NCBI GenBank assembly: GCA_001938485.1
Contig: MQRK01247064.1
Span: forward strand, 1 to 58,465
Reading direction: 5' to 3'
Origin: Girardia tigrina
Taxonomy: Eukaryota
Length of the DNA: 58,465 bases
The notes below the pieces were generated by a model. The model was not told the origin of the DNA. It saw only the letters and a list, made by a program, of their open reading frames with translations, and ran no database searches. Position 1 is the stretch's first letter. The number at the start of each line of letters is the position of its first letter. The position numbers were made by a program, and so were the translations under genes. Of this stretch, positions 11,900 through 25,600 are shown piece by piece.

Positions 11900-13060
11900 T
11901 TATGTTTGGGAAAAGTAATCCATAATTTTATTCCATTATTTTAATTCATTATTTATCGATCAAACAATTTCAAATTTATGCTCTTTGTCAAGGTAACATT
12001 TCACAGTAATTTCACAAAAAAATTTTTGCTTCTTTTTATTCAGTTCTGAGTTACAGGGTGTTAAAAATGGAAGTCAACAAAGAAAAAAGTCGGTACATTT
12101 TACAGTTTTTATTCGATAAAGGCGAAAATGCCAGCCAGGCGGCTGTTATTGTGAATGGTGTTTATGGTGTCAATACTGTAACAGCTAATTACACGCAATT
12201 TTGGTTTCGTCAATTCCGTGGAGGCATTTTTGATGTTAAAGATGCACCTCGCACAGGCAGGTATATCGTTGAAAATGTCGATAAAATCTCGACAATGATC
12301 GAAGTTGACCGCACAGGAGCTGAAGATCGACCACAAAACGGTTTTAAACCATTAGGGCAAAGCAGGATTCAAAAAGAAACTTGATGTTTGGGTTCCACAC
12401 CAATTAACGCCAAAAAACTTGATGGATCGAATTTCCATCTGCGAAGCCTTGGTCAAACGAAATGAAATCGTCTCATTTCTTAAACGGATGGTTACTGGGA
12501 ATGAGAAATGGGTCACATACGAAAATATTGTACGAAAACGATCGTGGTCAAAGTCCAGTGAAGCACATCAAACGGTCGCCAAACCAGGACTAATGGCCAG
12601 GAAGGTTCTACGGTGTATTTGGAGGGACTGGAAAGGAATCATTTATTATGAGTTGCTTCCGTATGGCCAAACACTAAATTCAGATCTGTACTGTCAACAA
12701 CTGGACCGTTTGAAGATAGCAATTGATGAGAAACGACCAGAATTGGCCAACAGAAAATGTGTTGTGTTCATCACGACAACGTCAGACCACATACGTCTGT
12801 AGTGACTCGCCAGAAACTCAGTGAGCTTGTTTGGGAAGTTTTAATGCATTCACCATATAGTCCAAACCTGGAATCAAGCGATTACCACCTTTTTCTCGCA
12901 TTGCAAAATTCCCTGAGTGATAAGAAATTGGGATCAATAGAAGATTGTGAAAATCGATTACTACAGCTTTTCGCCAATAAGAACCAAGACTTCTACGAGA
13001 GAGGCATTATGAAGCTAGCTTCAAATGGCAACTAATTATACAACAAAACGGTACAATAAA
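11900..13060 (+). mobile_element. near full-length mariner (D,D34D) with frameshifted transposase pseudogene
   Basis: Left TIR after TA at 11898. ATG at 12067 gives MEVNKEKSRYILQF.., followed by WVPHQL, MVTGNEKW (first D changed to N), HHDNVRPH and SPYSPNLESSDYHLF across ORFs 12058/12419/12757. The right TIR is missing. Confidence 0.95.
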
Positions 13061-13631
13061 TTAACCCTTTCAAAGAGAGACATATGTCCACACATACCGA
13101 AATTCTTTCATTTAGATAATTTAAAACTTTCTAATTTGCATGGTTATCTTTTTGTAATTTTCTGTAAAAATTCTAACAATATTATTTTTCACTAATGTTT
13201 TTGACGGACTAAAGTTTTTTTTCTAAAACTTTAATAATTGTTTTCCCGATATTTAAAAAAGGTTATTTTCGATCAAGAAAGTTGAACATTTACGTATACA
13301 AAACAAACTTATGGAAGTTAGAGTTATGAAAAGCCAAACAATATATAGGTACACTTTCTGCTATAAACATATTCAAAGAACCTCGGCATCAGAAGTTGCT
13401 GGAGCGCAAACAAAAATTAAACACCAAATGCAATAAGTATATGTGCTTAGAATGCTTTTAGAAAATTCATACAAAAAGTTTATAACTTTTTTCCTTGTTG
13501 AAATTCCCTACCATCTGTTGTTGTTATCATTATTTATTGCATTATACTTTGTAAAAAAATATAAAGATATTAAAATTTATAGATATACATATCGTCATAA
13601 AAGAAACTTTTGCAGGGTCCAACCGGTTTAA
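13061..13631 (+). mobile_element. piggyBac relic
   Basis: Starts TTAACCCTTT followed by a GACATATGTC palindrome. 13330-13470 encodes a decayed Cys-rich tail (FCYKHI..TKCNKYMCLECF.KIH). Ends at GGTTTAA. The two ends do not match well. Confidence 0.6.
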
Positions 13632-15502
13632 CATGTCATACACAATGTGTTAATTAGATTTTTTAATCTTCAAAAGTTATCAAAATGTAAATGTTGTCCA
13701 TTTAAATATGTATCTGAATCATAAAGTTTGAAAAATGTTTATCAATTACCTTATATAAAATTCTTCCCATTATAACTTTATTCTTTTTATTTCATAACTT
13801 TTTATTTCAAGTAATTTGAAAATCTTTAAAGATTTTTGAAAATGAAAAAAATATTAACTGAAATTTAACGAATGAATAATAATTAATTTCGATAAAATAA
13901 AATTATAATAAAAATACGAGATTAAAACGTAAATGAAGTTCACTTTTCGGAATATGCTCATATTATTTCTTTACATTTTTAAAAAAAGTCTAAATTAAAA
14001 AGATACAAAAGCGAAACAAAATAAAAATCAGTAAATTATTTAAATGAATAAAAAGATAATTCCCTGAAGATATTGGAGACATCCTTTATGACTTTTATCT
14101 TAATAATATAAAATATAATAAATTACTTAATTTTTCAAAAAGACAACTGTCGATTAACTTGGATTTATTGTTCGAGATTCGACGTTTCGTCATAGAGTTA
14201 GAGAAAATTATAATTTATAAAAATATTATGAAACATGGATTATAGTTAATAAATTCATCTCTATAAAGAATTACTGTATAAACTTTCAAGACAAAATATG
14301 ATTTCTTTGTAACACGCAGATTATACTTTATTTTTTTAAATCTTATTTGTTTAAAATTTAAAATTATAATTTATTGTAAATTTTTTATTTTAATATTATT
14401 ATTTTAATTATTAATATCTGTAATTCACTGATGAAGTGAAATGAAGATACAACGAATATTGTTGTCTACTGAGTTGTTTTATGATCAATTTTCATAATGA
14501 GATGAACGTGTTTTTAAAAATATTCATTTTATATATTACTATTAATTGTATAAATACATTATTTTGCTATGTTAGCTTCACAAATCAAAAATATCATGTT
14601 AATAATTTCTTCAGTTTTAACAAAAGACGTTTTCTAAAAACATGTTTCATAAACTTTTGTCTTTTTTTAAAGAAGAATAAGATAAGTTATAAGAAATTAC
14701 ATCTTATTATTTAGAATTATTTATATATTTAACCCTTAAATGCAAAATGTTTTGTGTTTAATTAAAAAGATTGTCTTATATGGTAACGGAGTCATAGATC
14801 ATGTAAACATTAACCCGCCTAAAGTAATGTCTTATGTTTTCATTTTAAGATAATTTATTTAATTATTTAATTAAATTAATTAATTTAATTATTTTAATAT
14901 TTAAAACTATATTTATATATTAGAATTCTATTTTATTATTTATAAAAAACCACTCACAAAAATCGACACAAAAACAGAAAAGGAAAGTGACAAAAATTAA
15001 TTATGAAGATAAACACAATTTATTTTAATTGATTATTTTTTGTAAAATAAATGCACAAATTCGAAATATCTGTCTTTGTTTTAAATGTTGTTGTTCTGTG
15101 GGTAAATCATGTTAAAGGAACGTGAGCCCGTCAACGATATCAACCATACTACTCTGTACAGATCGATGGAGCCGCTCCTCCCATCATCATTCACGACCAA
15201 TCGCAATAATAATAACAATCACTCAGATCGGAAATCATCATCAATTACGACCACTTGATTGATCCCTATTGAATCGTGGCTTTCAAGCCGCTAATATATA
15301 TCGACTAAGAGGACCGTATCCTTTTGTTCTACGGCCGTATGAATCGAGATTCAAATTGTAGTCATCGGCTGATATCGCAGTGAATCGCTGGTCGCTCGTG
15401 TAGAACACGGTCATCGCGTCATTCCAGCGCTAACGATGCAACTTCCGCGCAATCGGCGTCTTTCTTTTTCATTTTTGACTCAACCAAATCAGGACCGACA
15501 GC

Positions 15503-16189
15503 TAAGGTTGCCAGATGTCCGGTTTTGAACCGGACAGTCCGTTAATTCAACTTGTTGTTCGGTATAAAAAAATTATAAAAACTTGACTTACATTTGACGG
15601 TATTTCTCCCGAAGCTTATTTTCACAATCTTCAAATATGAGGTATTCGTATTTTTTTATTTTTTTGGTCGCTCAAAGTTTTGAAGGACAAATAAACATTC
15701 CTAAATGGTAATTTTTTTNNNNNNNNNNNNNNNNNNNNNNNNNNNNNNNNNNNNNNNNNNNNNNNNNAAATATTAAAGTATTAATTCAAAGTTTTCTGCT
15801 GGTGATAAAGGGATAAATTAAATAATAAATTTTGTGGTATTTAGAGTTTGAACTATTAAGTGAAAACTTTAATATTAAATTTGTTTTTTTTATAATACTC
15901 AACTTTGTCTGCATAACTTTACTATCCAAATAATTTTAAATTAATTTATTAATTCTAGGTAAGAAATGAGTGAGGTAGAAGAAGGTTCAACAACAAAGAG
16001 AAGGAAATGCAATTACGATGCCGATTGGCAAAAAAATATAATTTGGTCAGCGAAGGCTAAGCTACATCGCAGAATGAAAAATATAAAAAGAACCAAAAAT
16101 AATAAATAAAAATATATGGAAAATAAAATTTTGTTGTTTTATTTTTAAATTTTGTCCGGTATTCTTCGAAGTTTCAACTGGCAACCCTA
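15503..16189 (+). mobile_element. hAT Blackjack-type non-autonomous element
   Basis: TIRs TAAGGTTGCCAG / CTGGCAACCCTA, subterminal TGTCCGG repeats, and a transposase start MSEVEEGSTTKRRKCNYDADWQK at 15966. No adjacent TSD is evident. Confidence 0.85.
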
Positions 16190-17044
16190 GATTCAAGACA
16201 AATTCAGACAGCCAAGATTCAAAGATTGTTACTCTGTGTATTAAACTTTGATGATGTCTGTTATTAATTTGAAATAAAGATATAAAAATTGCGTGAATTA
16301 TTTTTATTTGTTTAAAAATATTGAATAAAATGATAAAAAATTTAAATTTTAAGTTTTCAAAATGTTTTTGATAAATTGTAAAATGACTTTAATATTTCCG
16401 ACATGATTCTTACTATTTTCGAAATGAATATGATTCTTCCGTAAAGTTTCAGTCTGCTTCTAAAATGAACGTTAAATTTCAAAATGATTCTGATTTTTTT
16501 CCAAAGCAATTCTGATTATTTTTGATTTGACTTGGATTAAATCCAACTTGAAATGGTATAAAAAGAATTATTCGATCATTTTTCAAAGTTTGCTTCATTA
16601 GATTGATGATTGAAAAATATTTTATTTTGATGAGTTTAGTTTTAATTTTTTTACTTGTGCAAGTTTTGGATTTAAGGAATTTATTGAGATATTTTTGAAT
16701 AAATGATATATAAGAATTTCTGGTAAAAATAAAACTTTTATAAAACTAAAAAATAAAAGAGTATATATAAAAAATATGGAAAAATTTTAAAATAATTTAT
16801 TAAAATCGTTATTGAGTGTTTAATATTGGAGCGGAGAATTGCCAATTTTGACCGAACATTTTTGCCATTCTAGTAATTCATAAATAAAAATATATAATTA
16901 AATAATTAAATTAATAAAATAAAAACTAATTTAAATTAAAAAAAACTAAATAAAATTAAATAAATAAAAATCAAATAAATTAAAAAAAATTAAATTAAAT
17001 TAAAATCGTGCATTAATTTGGCCAGATAATATGTGTGTTTTTGT

Positions 17045-17321
17045 GAGCCGAGTTGGAAAAGGAAAGAGAAATTGTTCGCATTGTCACACTCGCTTTGATT
17101 AGCTGGGAATAATGACCTCTAATGACGTTATTGAAAAGCATCTCCTTCAAATACACGAACTAGAAAATGCCAGAGACATTTTAACTGAAGAAATTAAAAA
17201 ANNNNNNNNNNNNNNNNNNNNNNNNNNNNNNNNNNNNNNNNNNNNNNNNNNNNNNNNNNNNNNNNNNNNNNNNNNNNNTGAAGTTCCTGACAAAGGAGGC
17301 ACATATTCTCGGATTGAATAA
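17045..17321 (+). pseudogene. possible terminal coding fragment of an unidentified gene (coiled-coil-like)
   Basis: AELEKEREIVR.. / NDVIEKHLLQIHELENARDILTEEIK [gap] EVPDKGGTYSRIE*, followed by TG-rich UTR-like sequence. Interrupted by an N gap. Confidence 0.25.
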
Positions 17322-17809
17322 TCCTTTCATAGTGACAATCGATTGAACGTAATACGATAATATGTGACTGAACGGATTTTTAAATCGGTCGGTTGATTGA
17401 TATTATGTAATGTATTTCACGAAATCAAATGGTGAGCCTCCTTTTTTGGCATGGTAATTTCTTTCTTAGTATGTTTGTTGTTGTGTAATGCATGTGTGTG
17501 TGTATAAATGAAATTGGGATTGGTTTAAATGTGTTAGCGTGTTTGTGTGTTAATGAAAATGTGAATGCGATTGGTCTGTATATTGTGTGTGTGTGTGTTA
17601 TTTTTTAATTGTGAATTATAATCACAATTTTTCATTACCAATTTTTTTTTAAAAAAAAGTTTGTCAATTTAAAAAAGTTTAAAAATAAAAGGTCTTTGTG
17701 TCAATTAAAAACAATTACAATAAAAGTTGATATCTCGTTTCAATTCAATTTTTTTGAATCAATTAATCGTGTCGTAAAAACAATTTAAAAAAAAAGATTA
17801 ACAAACAAA

Positions 17810-18172
17810 ATGGCCGATAGAGAAACGAAAGTTTACAGAGCTAAATTAGCTGATGATGGAGTGGTTAATGCGATGAGAGATGTCGTTTAAATGACCGGCG
17901 AATTGAACATGGATGAGCGTGACTTGTTATCCGTAGCATATAAAAACGTAATCGGAAATCGGAGAGCATCATGGAGGATGATGAGTAGCATCGAACAAAA
18001 AGATCCTTCTCGACTTCCATTGATTAAAACCTACCGAAGTCAAATTAAAAAAGAATTGAAAGTCTGCGCTGATATAATAGCCTTACTCGATGAGTTCTTG
18101 TTGGTGGCTACGAATGGCGGTGAAGCTAAAGTGTTCTTCTTAAAAATGAAAGGCGATTATTACCGTCTTCTG
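17810..18172 (+). pseudogene. 14-3-3 protein pseudogene (epsilon-like), N-terminal half only
   Basis: [74 protein letters not shown]. In-frame TAA at 17888, loss of the conserved EQAERY segment, no introns, and homology stops after GDYYR. Confidence 0.93.
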
Positions 18173-19582
18173 TCCAAAATATCGTGGAGACACGGATTCC
18201 TGTCCAAATATATTTAACTTATATATATGTACTACAAAATTGGACATAATTTAAAAAAATATTTTGAAACTCGCAGTATTTAAAATTCAAGTTCATATAT
18301 TTATATGTGAGTATGGGTGATTGTTTATGTTAAACACTTATAATTAATTTTCGTAAATATTCCTTAGATCAAAATTAATTTTTTTTAATTTTAAAATTCT
18401 TTAATTGAAAATTTATAAATTCTTATTCATCTTTTATTCTTTTTCAATTCACAGCAAAATATTTGATATTTCTGTAAAGGCTCCCTGTTAAATAATCGAA
18501 ACGATTTCTTTTTTTATAGTTACAAAAAGGTATTCAGTTCCATTGTTGGATAAAAAATATGGAATATTTTTATTTGAAAATATTTGATATTTAAATTACA
18601 TTTTAACATATATTAATTTTAAAAATATATTAAAGCTATCTGTAGTTTTCACTTATTTGGTTAAAATTTTCCCCTCGGAATTTGACACAACTGATTGTCC
18701 GCATCTTGTTGCCCAATTTGTGTTATCATTTTACAATCCACAATTTTGTTGCTTCCTCGCAAATGTGGATCTAAATAATTTGGCAAACATTTCACTTAAA
18801 AATTAATTCAACAATTATAATTATGAATTATGTTTGTTTTAATAAATACATTTTTTGTGCGTTTTTAAAAATTGATCTGATGTCTTATTTGGATTTTTCA
18901 TTTATTATAAAATGCTTCAATATGCAATAGAAATCCAGATTTGCCCGTCGGGTAAAGCGGGAGATATATCATCTGTCAGGCAAGTCGTCCGACCAGCACC
19001 CCATACTAAACCATAATTTTTTTAAAAATATTATAAAATTTACAACAAGTGGGAATGAGTTAATGTAATTGTTAAGAGCATAAAATCATACTATCTTACA
19101 TACATAAAATCATAAAAGTCATTTGAATGACAAGTTATTTTATGAATAAATAGCTTTGAAGAACTTTTTTGTTTTTAATTAAAATGTTTAGAGATATTTC
19201 TGGTGAAAATAAAACTAAAATATAAATAAAACAAAAAAACAATTAAATTTTACCAAAATAGTATATGATATTAATTTAGTTTATTTATATTTTCAGACGT
19301 ATGCAAAATCATAGAGTGAGGTAGCTGCCGACTTATAAAAACGAATATTTAACTCTTTATTTCATTTTGTAGCAGATTTGATACATAACCAAACGTGTCA
19401 TATTAAAGTACTTAGATATAAAATAGTTTAACGTTTTTTAACGTGTATTATTTACTTAAAGCGCCTACTATTATTTGGTTCAGAAATGCTCACTAACATA
19501 TCTGTTAAATTAGTTTAATGCTTACAATTGTCATTCATTTAATGCGTTTTTAAAATTAAATCATGAAATGAAGGGTTAAGAC

Positions 19583-22089
19583 CATTAGCGCCGGAACTGA
19601 GGGTGTTGAGGGGGCTTCAGTCACCCTAAAAACTTTGACAATCGGGGCTAAGACATACATTAGCCCCCGCCGCCAGCTATTTAAGAAAATGAAATGTATT
19701 ATGTTAAAAACACTGGACATCCTTGTTTTAGAGTTCATAACACAAATATTTATTAATATAACAATTAACTATTTTTCAAACAAATTTATAGGGAACGATG
19801 TTTTCTTATTTCGCACAAACCAGATATCAAAATTACTAAGTATAAATATCAATTTATAAATTTTAATTAAATTATAAATATTTTTACGCTATAAATTTGT
19901 GCTGATATTATAAATTTGGAACTTTATTAATGATTTTTATGAAATTAAACTCCTAATTATAAACTAACTTATCTCATTTTCATCACCTTTTAAAACCTTC
20001 TGTAAATAATGTTTTACTTTCGTTATTTAGCTATTAGTTAAAATATTAAAATAATAAATTAATAATTTGATTTTACTCCATTTTTAAGTTTTCGAGTTAT
20101 TCTTTATTTTAATTTGAATTAGAAACCACTTTTTATTTTTTTAAATTTTATTTTTAAAATTTTTTAGAAAGTATTTTCACTTATAAAATTTTTTTCTATA
20201 AAAATTTAATAACTTTTCTTTAAAAAAATTAACTTTAAAATTATTTAGAAAATAGTTTATCTTATAAAAATTCTGATTTCAAATATTTTAGATATTTTTA
20301 ATTTTCAAAATTTATGAATTCACTAAATCATAGCAGAAACAATATTGGAAACCATAGAAACTTTCTATAGTTATTATTCTAAAGTTTAATATTATTTTTT
20401 ATTTTTATTGACGATCTTCGAATGCTGATTATCTAATTGAATACTTTAATAATTTAATTTTATTTAAAATGCTTAAATTCTTGTCAGATTCATTGTGTTT
20501 TAGCATATCTAAATGTGGATGTTTTACACTTATTTAACTTTTACAAATAAATTCAAGAATGTCAAAACGCCACAGTTCGTTGTTGCAGTTTCTTACCACG
20601 CTAGTAAAAAGGACAATCATTGATGGTATGACCAAATAATTTTTTCAATAAAATTTCCTTTCTTACCTTGTTATTTTCTCCTTACACTATTTGAAATTTA
20701 TTGATAATTATAATAAGTTTACTTTATCACATATTTATACTAAACATTTTATATAAATATGTGTAAATGATGCTACGTCTCCTATATTGTGCAGTGAATC
20801 TTCATCCTCTCAAGTTCAACAGTCATCTGAATCCTAATGTTTTTCTGTAATGGTCTTTTTATATTTCAAATTAATGGTTTTCTATTTCATTCTGTGTAGT
20901 TTTACAATAAAATCCCGGATCATTAATGAAGACAATGCGTGTCACACTGAGTGTTGTACCTTAAAAGAGCCATTTCAATCGACTTAAGAGAATATATTGA
21001 AAGACACACGCCGAAATTTTTGCAAGTGTTCGTTTCAAACTTTTCAGTCTCATTGGTACAAGGAATTTCCGTGGATATTATTGTGTGTTTCAAAAGTGAA
21101 AGTATTTTGCTGTATTTGCTGTACGTTCACTGAAGGAAAACTCATAACCTTCAGTAAAAATCTTGAATCCACTTTAACGATTAATGGTTTTAACAATTGG
21201 AAAGTTCAATTTTTAGGTCCATTGCTTTAAACCCAACCAAACAAGTCAGGAGCGTATATAAGCTGCAATGAAACAAAGATAAAGTAAAGAAAAGTCTGTT
21301 TTGTCTCAGTTAAATGAGTAGTATAATACAGTTCAAGCCTCTTGACGAGATATGTTTCTCAGACAGCATAACAGTCTACGTTATCTTGCAAGTCAAGGGC
21401 ATGCGATTTGTAGACATGAAAGTAAAGTAGGTAACCTACATCAGCTATTGAATCTGAGATGTGAAGACATTGACAGACTAGATATTTGGACTGAAGATTA
21501 TAGTTACACTTCAACAAATATCTTCGAAAAATCAATCACATCAGGAAAGCCACATATTTTGCTATGTAAACTGATGAGTCGTAGGATATCAACAGAAAGG
21601 AGCAGCTTTTTATTTGAATCCGAAGGGTCGATGATAAATTTACAATACACGAAGACCACATTGACATGTTAGAAATTGAAAATACAGACTCAAACAATAT
21701 CACTGATGTTGTTAAAGATCTTTTAATTTGCTACTACTTATCATTATCTTCTTGTCGTGGTCAAAGCTACGATGGAGCCGCAAACATGATGGGACACCTA
21801 GGTGGTGTGGCAGCACAACTAAAAAAAGAAGAAGTGAAGGCGGCACCAGTTCATTGTTTTGCTCATTGTTTGAATCTTGGTCTTCAGGATGCAGTAAAAA
21901 CTTTAATCATTACTACAGACACCTTTACTATAATTCAAGAAATTTACCAGCTGATCGCCAATTCACCAAAATTTAAGTAGTTTCTTGGCTTCAATAAAAA
22001 ACTCTATCCAGTATTTTGAGGGGTCTATTAGCTACTGTTTTTCTTATTTTCAGCCCCCACAGATGTAAAACCGTTCCGGCTTTGACATG
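19583..22089 (+). mobile_element. hAT Tip100/ZMYM1-like element with decayed transposase
   Basis: Ends ..GCCGGAAC / GTTCCGGC... TTF zinc finger FQSHWYKEFPW..VFCCIC..GFNNWK, DUF4371-like LRYLASQGHA..GNLHQLL, and CRGQSYDGAANMMG..VHCFAHCLNL. Confidence 0.9.
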
Positions 22090-22130
22090 ACTGATCGAGA
22101 AATTATTTAACAGATTATTGTAAACAAAAT

Positions 22131-22645
22131 TTATTCAGTTGTCAGGGAACATTCATTCAGGGAATCGGAACCCTTATCAAACAGCAAAAATGGCTGCTCA
22201 TTTATATCACCAGTAATTGCCCATTTACCACCAATCACAATCTCCTGTAAAGTTGGTGGGTCTATCGGAAACAAACAGCTACGTTGATTTCTGATAGTAC
22301 GTTTAATGCTCTCTTGAGATGATAGAATTGTTCGAGCGTCATCTTCTAAGTTTAACAGTTCCTGTGAATAAATTCCAGCAGGTTTATCATGAAAATTTGT
22401 CGCTCTCTTTTTTAGGGAAGCAGCGAATCGTTGAATTTTCACTTTTTTTGAGTCAGAAGCAGGTTTGTGCTCAACGCCTGGCTGAGGATTATTGCATTGA
22501 AGATCTGTTAATAGGGAACCAGTACACAATAGAAGACCCTTTGAAACACAACGCCCACAAATCTTATTCCCGTCTCACAATGCTTAGTGTATATGTATCC
22601 TTAGAAGATAATCTTTTTTCCATCTTTCTGGCTAGCAAGAAATTC
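22131..22645 (-). mobile_element. FLYWCH-MULE (Mutator-like) transposase 5' fragment
   Basis: GYIYTKH.. then a frameshifted WRC..CTGSL FLYWCH finger, followed by LKKRA..KPAGIY..LSSQESIKRTIRNQR..PPTLQEI..PFLLFDKG. Confidence 0.8.
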
Positions 22646-25600
22646 CATGACTGATGAAGAAGTAATGAAAATTGATTTATATAATATATTTTAGAATAAA
22701 TATATTCATACTGTTAGGGAAAACACAATTTCGAAATTCAAATTTATTAAAATTAAAAACGCGCTAAAAATTGATATTTCTTAAACGACATAAAATGCGA
22801 GAAAAGGACAGTAAGAAATTTCTAGAACCATAAAAGTTAATTTAAAAATTATATTTAATTAAGATAGGATTTTTTCCTGTACCTTTTTTATGCATACCGA
22901 TTGCCTGATAGAAAGCAAAAATGACATCATTTACTTTTTATATGACATTGAAATCAAACATTTAGGCCAATTTCAGTCAAGTAATTCTTCAACCTAACAT
23001 TTTTCGTTTACAAGCCTTTAAACGAACTGTGAAATATGTTGCAACTGTCAGCAAACAATTCCATGGCCATGATTTTAAAGAGGTCTAGCTTTGAAATACA
23101 TATAATTGGAACTAAAAGTGACTTAATTTTCAAAGAGATAAATACTAATTGTATTTTATGTCCTTTAAAAGATAATGTTTGTGTATTTTAACATTATTTT
23201 CTTTCAAACATTGACCAAAAATGGCGAAATGTAAATTTTCATTGAGTCAACCAGCATTATACCTGTAATTTTTATTTTATAAAAGTTTTATTTTATCTGA
23301 AGTTTTCTTTACAACTTTCACCCAAATTCTAATCATCCTACTAGGCAATATGTATTTTGCTACATAACATGCTTTTCATTCAATCCATGAAGGATGTCAC
23401 ACTCGAAGAAGTAATTATTGCATCAGGAATACTTTAAGCTTAAAAATAGTAAACTTACTTTTTTAACAAGTTATGTTTTTATGCAGGATAACGATTAGAA
23501 GGTACTTTTTTGGTACAATGTTTGTAAATGTTCTCATTTACCTTTATACTTTTAATAAGAAAAGTATACTTAAAAGTTACTAATTTGATAGTTTTTAAAA
23601 TTGAATCATTGTATCAACTTGAGCATTAATGTGGGACCTCAGTAATACAACATGAATGAAAATTTTATTTCACGCTGAGAATTTACACAGATTCAAAACC
23701 ACATATAAAACACCATCTCGATAGACTTACAAAAATCACAATGAACAATTGTAATTTTATATTATCATATTAAATAAATGTTAATGTAGAATAGTTCACA
23801 TTAATCTCTAAAGTACTAAAGTACTTAATCTCTAAAGATCTCTTAAAACTAGATTGTAAAGGATAATAAAATTATATAAATCGTATTAAAATCTATAGAA
23901 AAATTATACATAAGGGTAATTTATTATTAAGTTATATTAAATATTATTTAGTTAAATAGTCATAAATGATTAAATTTGAACTCTGGTATGAAGTAGTTCT
24001 TAAGTACTGTCTGCAAGAATTAAATTGACACATTACATTTAAAATATTTAATTTCCATAAAAATCCTTTTAAAGATTTCAAATTCTTTAGAATGTTAGAC
24101 AGTTAATCAAGATTTAAAATAGTATTTCGAGGACAGAAGTCATCAAAGTATAACATTTTACATTTGTTGAAGATCATTATCCAAGAGAGTTGAGATTTGT
24201 ATAAATCTCTTGGGAAAGGAACTCAGTATTTTTCAATATGAGTAATTATTTGATTGATCGAGAACTTAATAGTAATGTCCCTTAGAAGATTATTTCTTTC
24301 AAAAAACAATTAAAATGTAATAAACTTTTTAAAAAATAAATGTATAAACTTTGTGAGAAATATTTGTTTTATTATAACAAGTGGCACTTATCGTTGTTTC
24401 AGGTGGTGCCGAAGACCGGTCAGTAGTAATGGTAAAGTGGCAGTGGCGGAACTGAAGATCGCGTATTTATGTTCGTGCTGGGCTCATTTTATTGTACGGA
24501 TTAAATATTTAATCATCAAATAATATTTTTTCATCTTTTCTTTTATCGTTAATTGAAATAATTCGTTATGTAAATTTTTCTATCGGATTCTGCAAAATTT
24601 GTAATATAAAATTGACACTCGGTCTGAAATTCAATTGTCAATTTATTTTATTTTGTATATGTTCTCGATCATCTCGATCCATTTCAATCGCGTTAAAAAT
24701 TTTACTTTTTCTCTGATTTCTTCCTCTGTTTTAGGTGGTTTAACATGTCTTTCTGATCATCTCAGATTTTAAAATATATAAACTCTGATTTTCTTATTTA
24801 TTATAATCTTGCTTTGTTTTGACTTCTTTCTTTAGCTTTTCACGTAAAGATTGTATATAATTATAATAATCATTGATAAAAAGCTTTGGAAAATTTGTTT
24901 AGATTATTTTCTAGGAATTTTTATATTTAAAATACTTTTCGGTTTAATACGGTCCCAAGGTTCAAAGTATGATTACTTTCCTTATTAATTACAATTTATT
25001 TTTGATTTAAACTTTTTCTTTCTATCTAACAATATGTTTTTTTCTTTATTATCTAAATTGGATTTATTTATTTGTTCCCGAAAAATTTTTTTTGTCCTTT
25101 TCCTATATAATCTTTTAAATAAATCCCTTTACAATCTTGATTCCATCTTTTAGATTTAAATATTAGTTCGATAATGAATTCACAAATAATCAAATGTTCA
25201 AAATTCACAATCGTAAAGACATTCAACCAAATCTTAAATAATCGAATTCTTAAAACTCACAATCGTAAAAATTTTACTATCTTAAAATGTTTCAATAATT
25301 CAAATTCGTAAAATCGTTTAAATAATTCTCAAAAAAATCGTTTAAAGGATATCGTGATTATAGCAATCATAAAATGTTGTAAAAAAATTCTTAAATTCTC
25401 TTTATCGATAAATGAGAGCAATATTTCTCTTGATAAAACTACTTTATTTCAACCAATATAAAACCACAGTTGACAAATAATTTCAAAATTAAAAAATCTT
25501 AAATTAATAATTAAATTGTCATAAATGTCTGGCTCAAGGCTCGCTCTGATTGGTCGACAAATGATTTTACTAGCAACTTGATTCTTTTAGTCACACAAAC

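Noticed and set aside
17888-17890. Idea that TAA/TAG are reassigned to Gln (would open the 14-3-3 frame and the 42543 frame)
   Set aside because: The 14-3-3 copy also has deletions and a truncation, and the TE relics carry all three stop types, so ordinary pseudogenisation explains it.
22900-24330. Coding-like scraps (also 3540-3630, 24700-24970, 26100-26400, 54040-54620)
   Set aside because: Multiple stops in all frames and no family or internal homology that I could support by eye.
24436-24460. miR-34-like seed TGGCAGTG (and miR-125-like TCCCTGAG on the minus strand near 2060)
   Set aside because: The match is limited to the seed; I found no mature-length similarity or precursor hairpin.
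25180-25350. Degenerate short repeats considered as a CRISPR-like array
   Set aside because: Irregular, low-complexity units with no constant repeat-spacer period, in a eukaryotic context with no cas genes.
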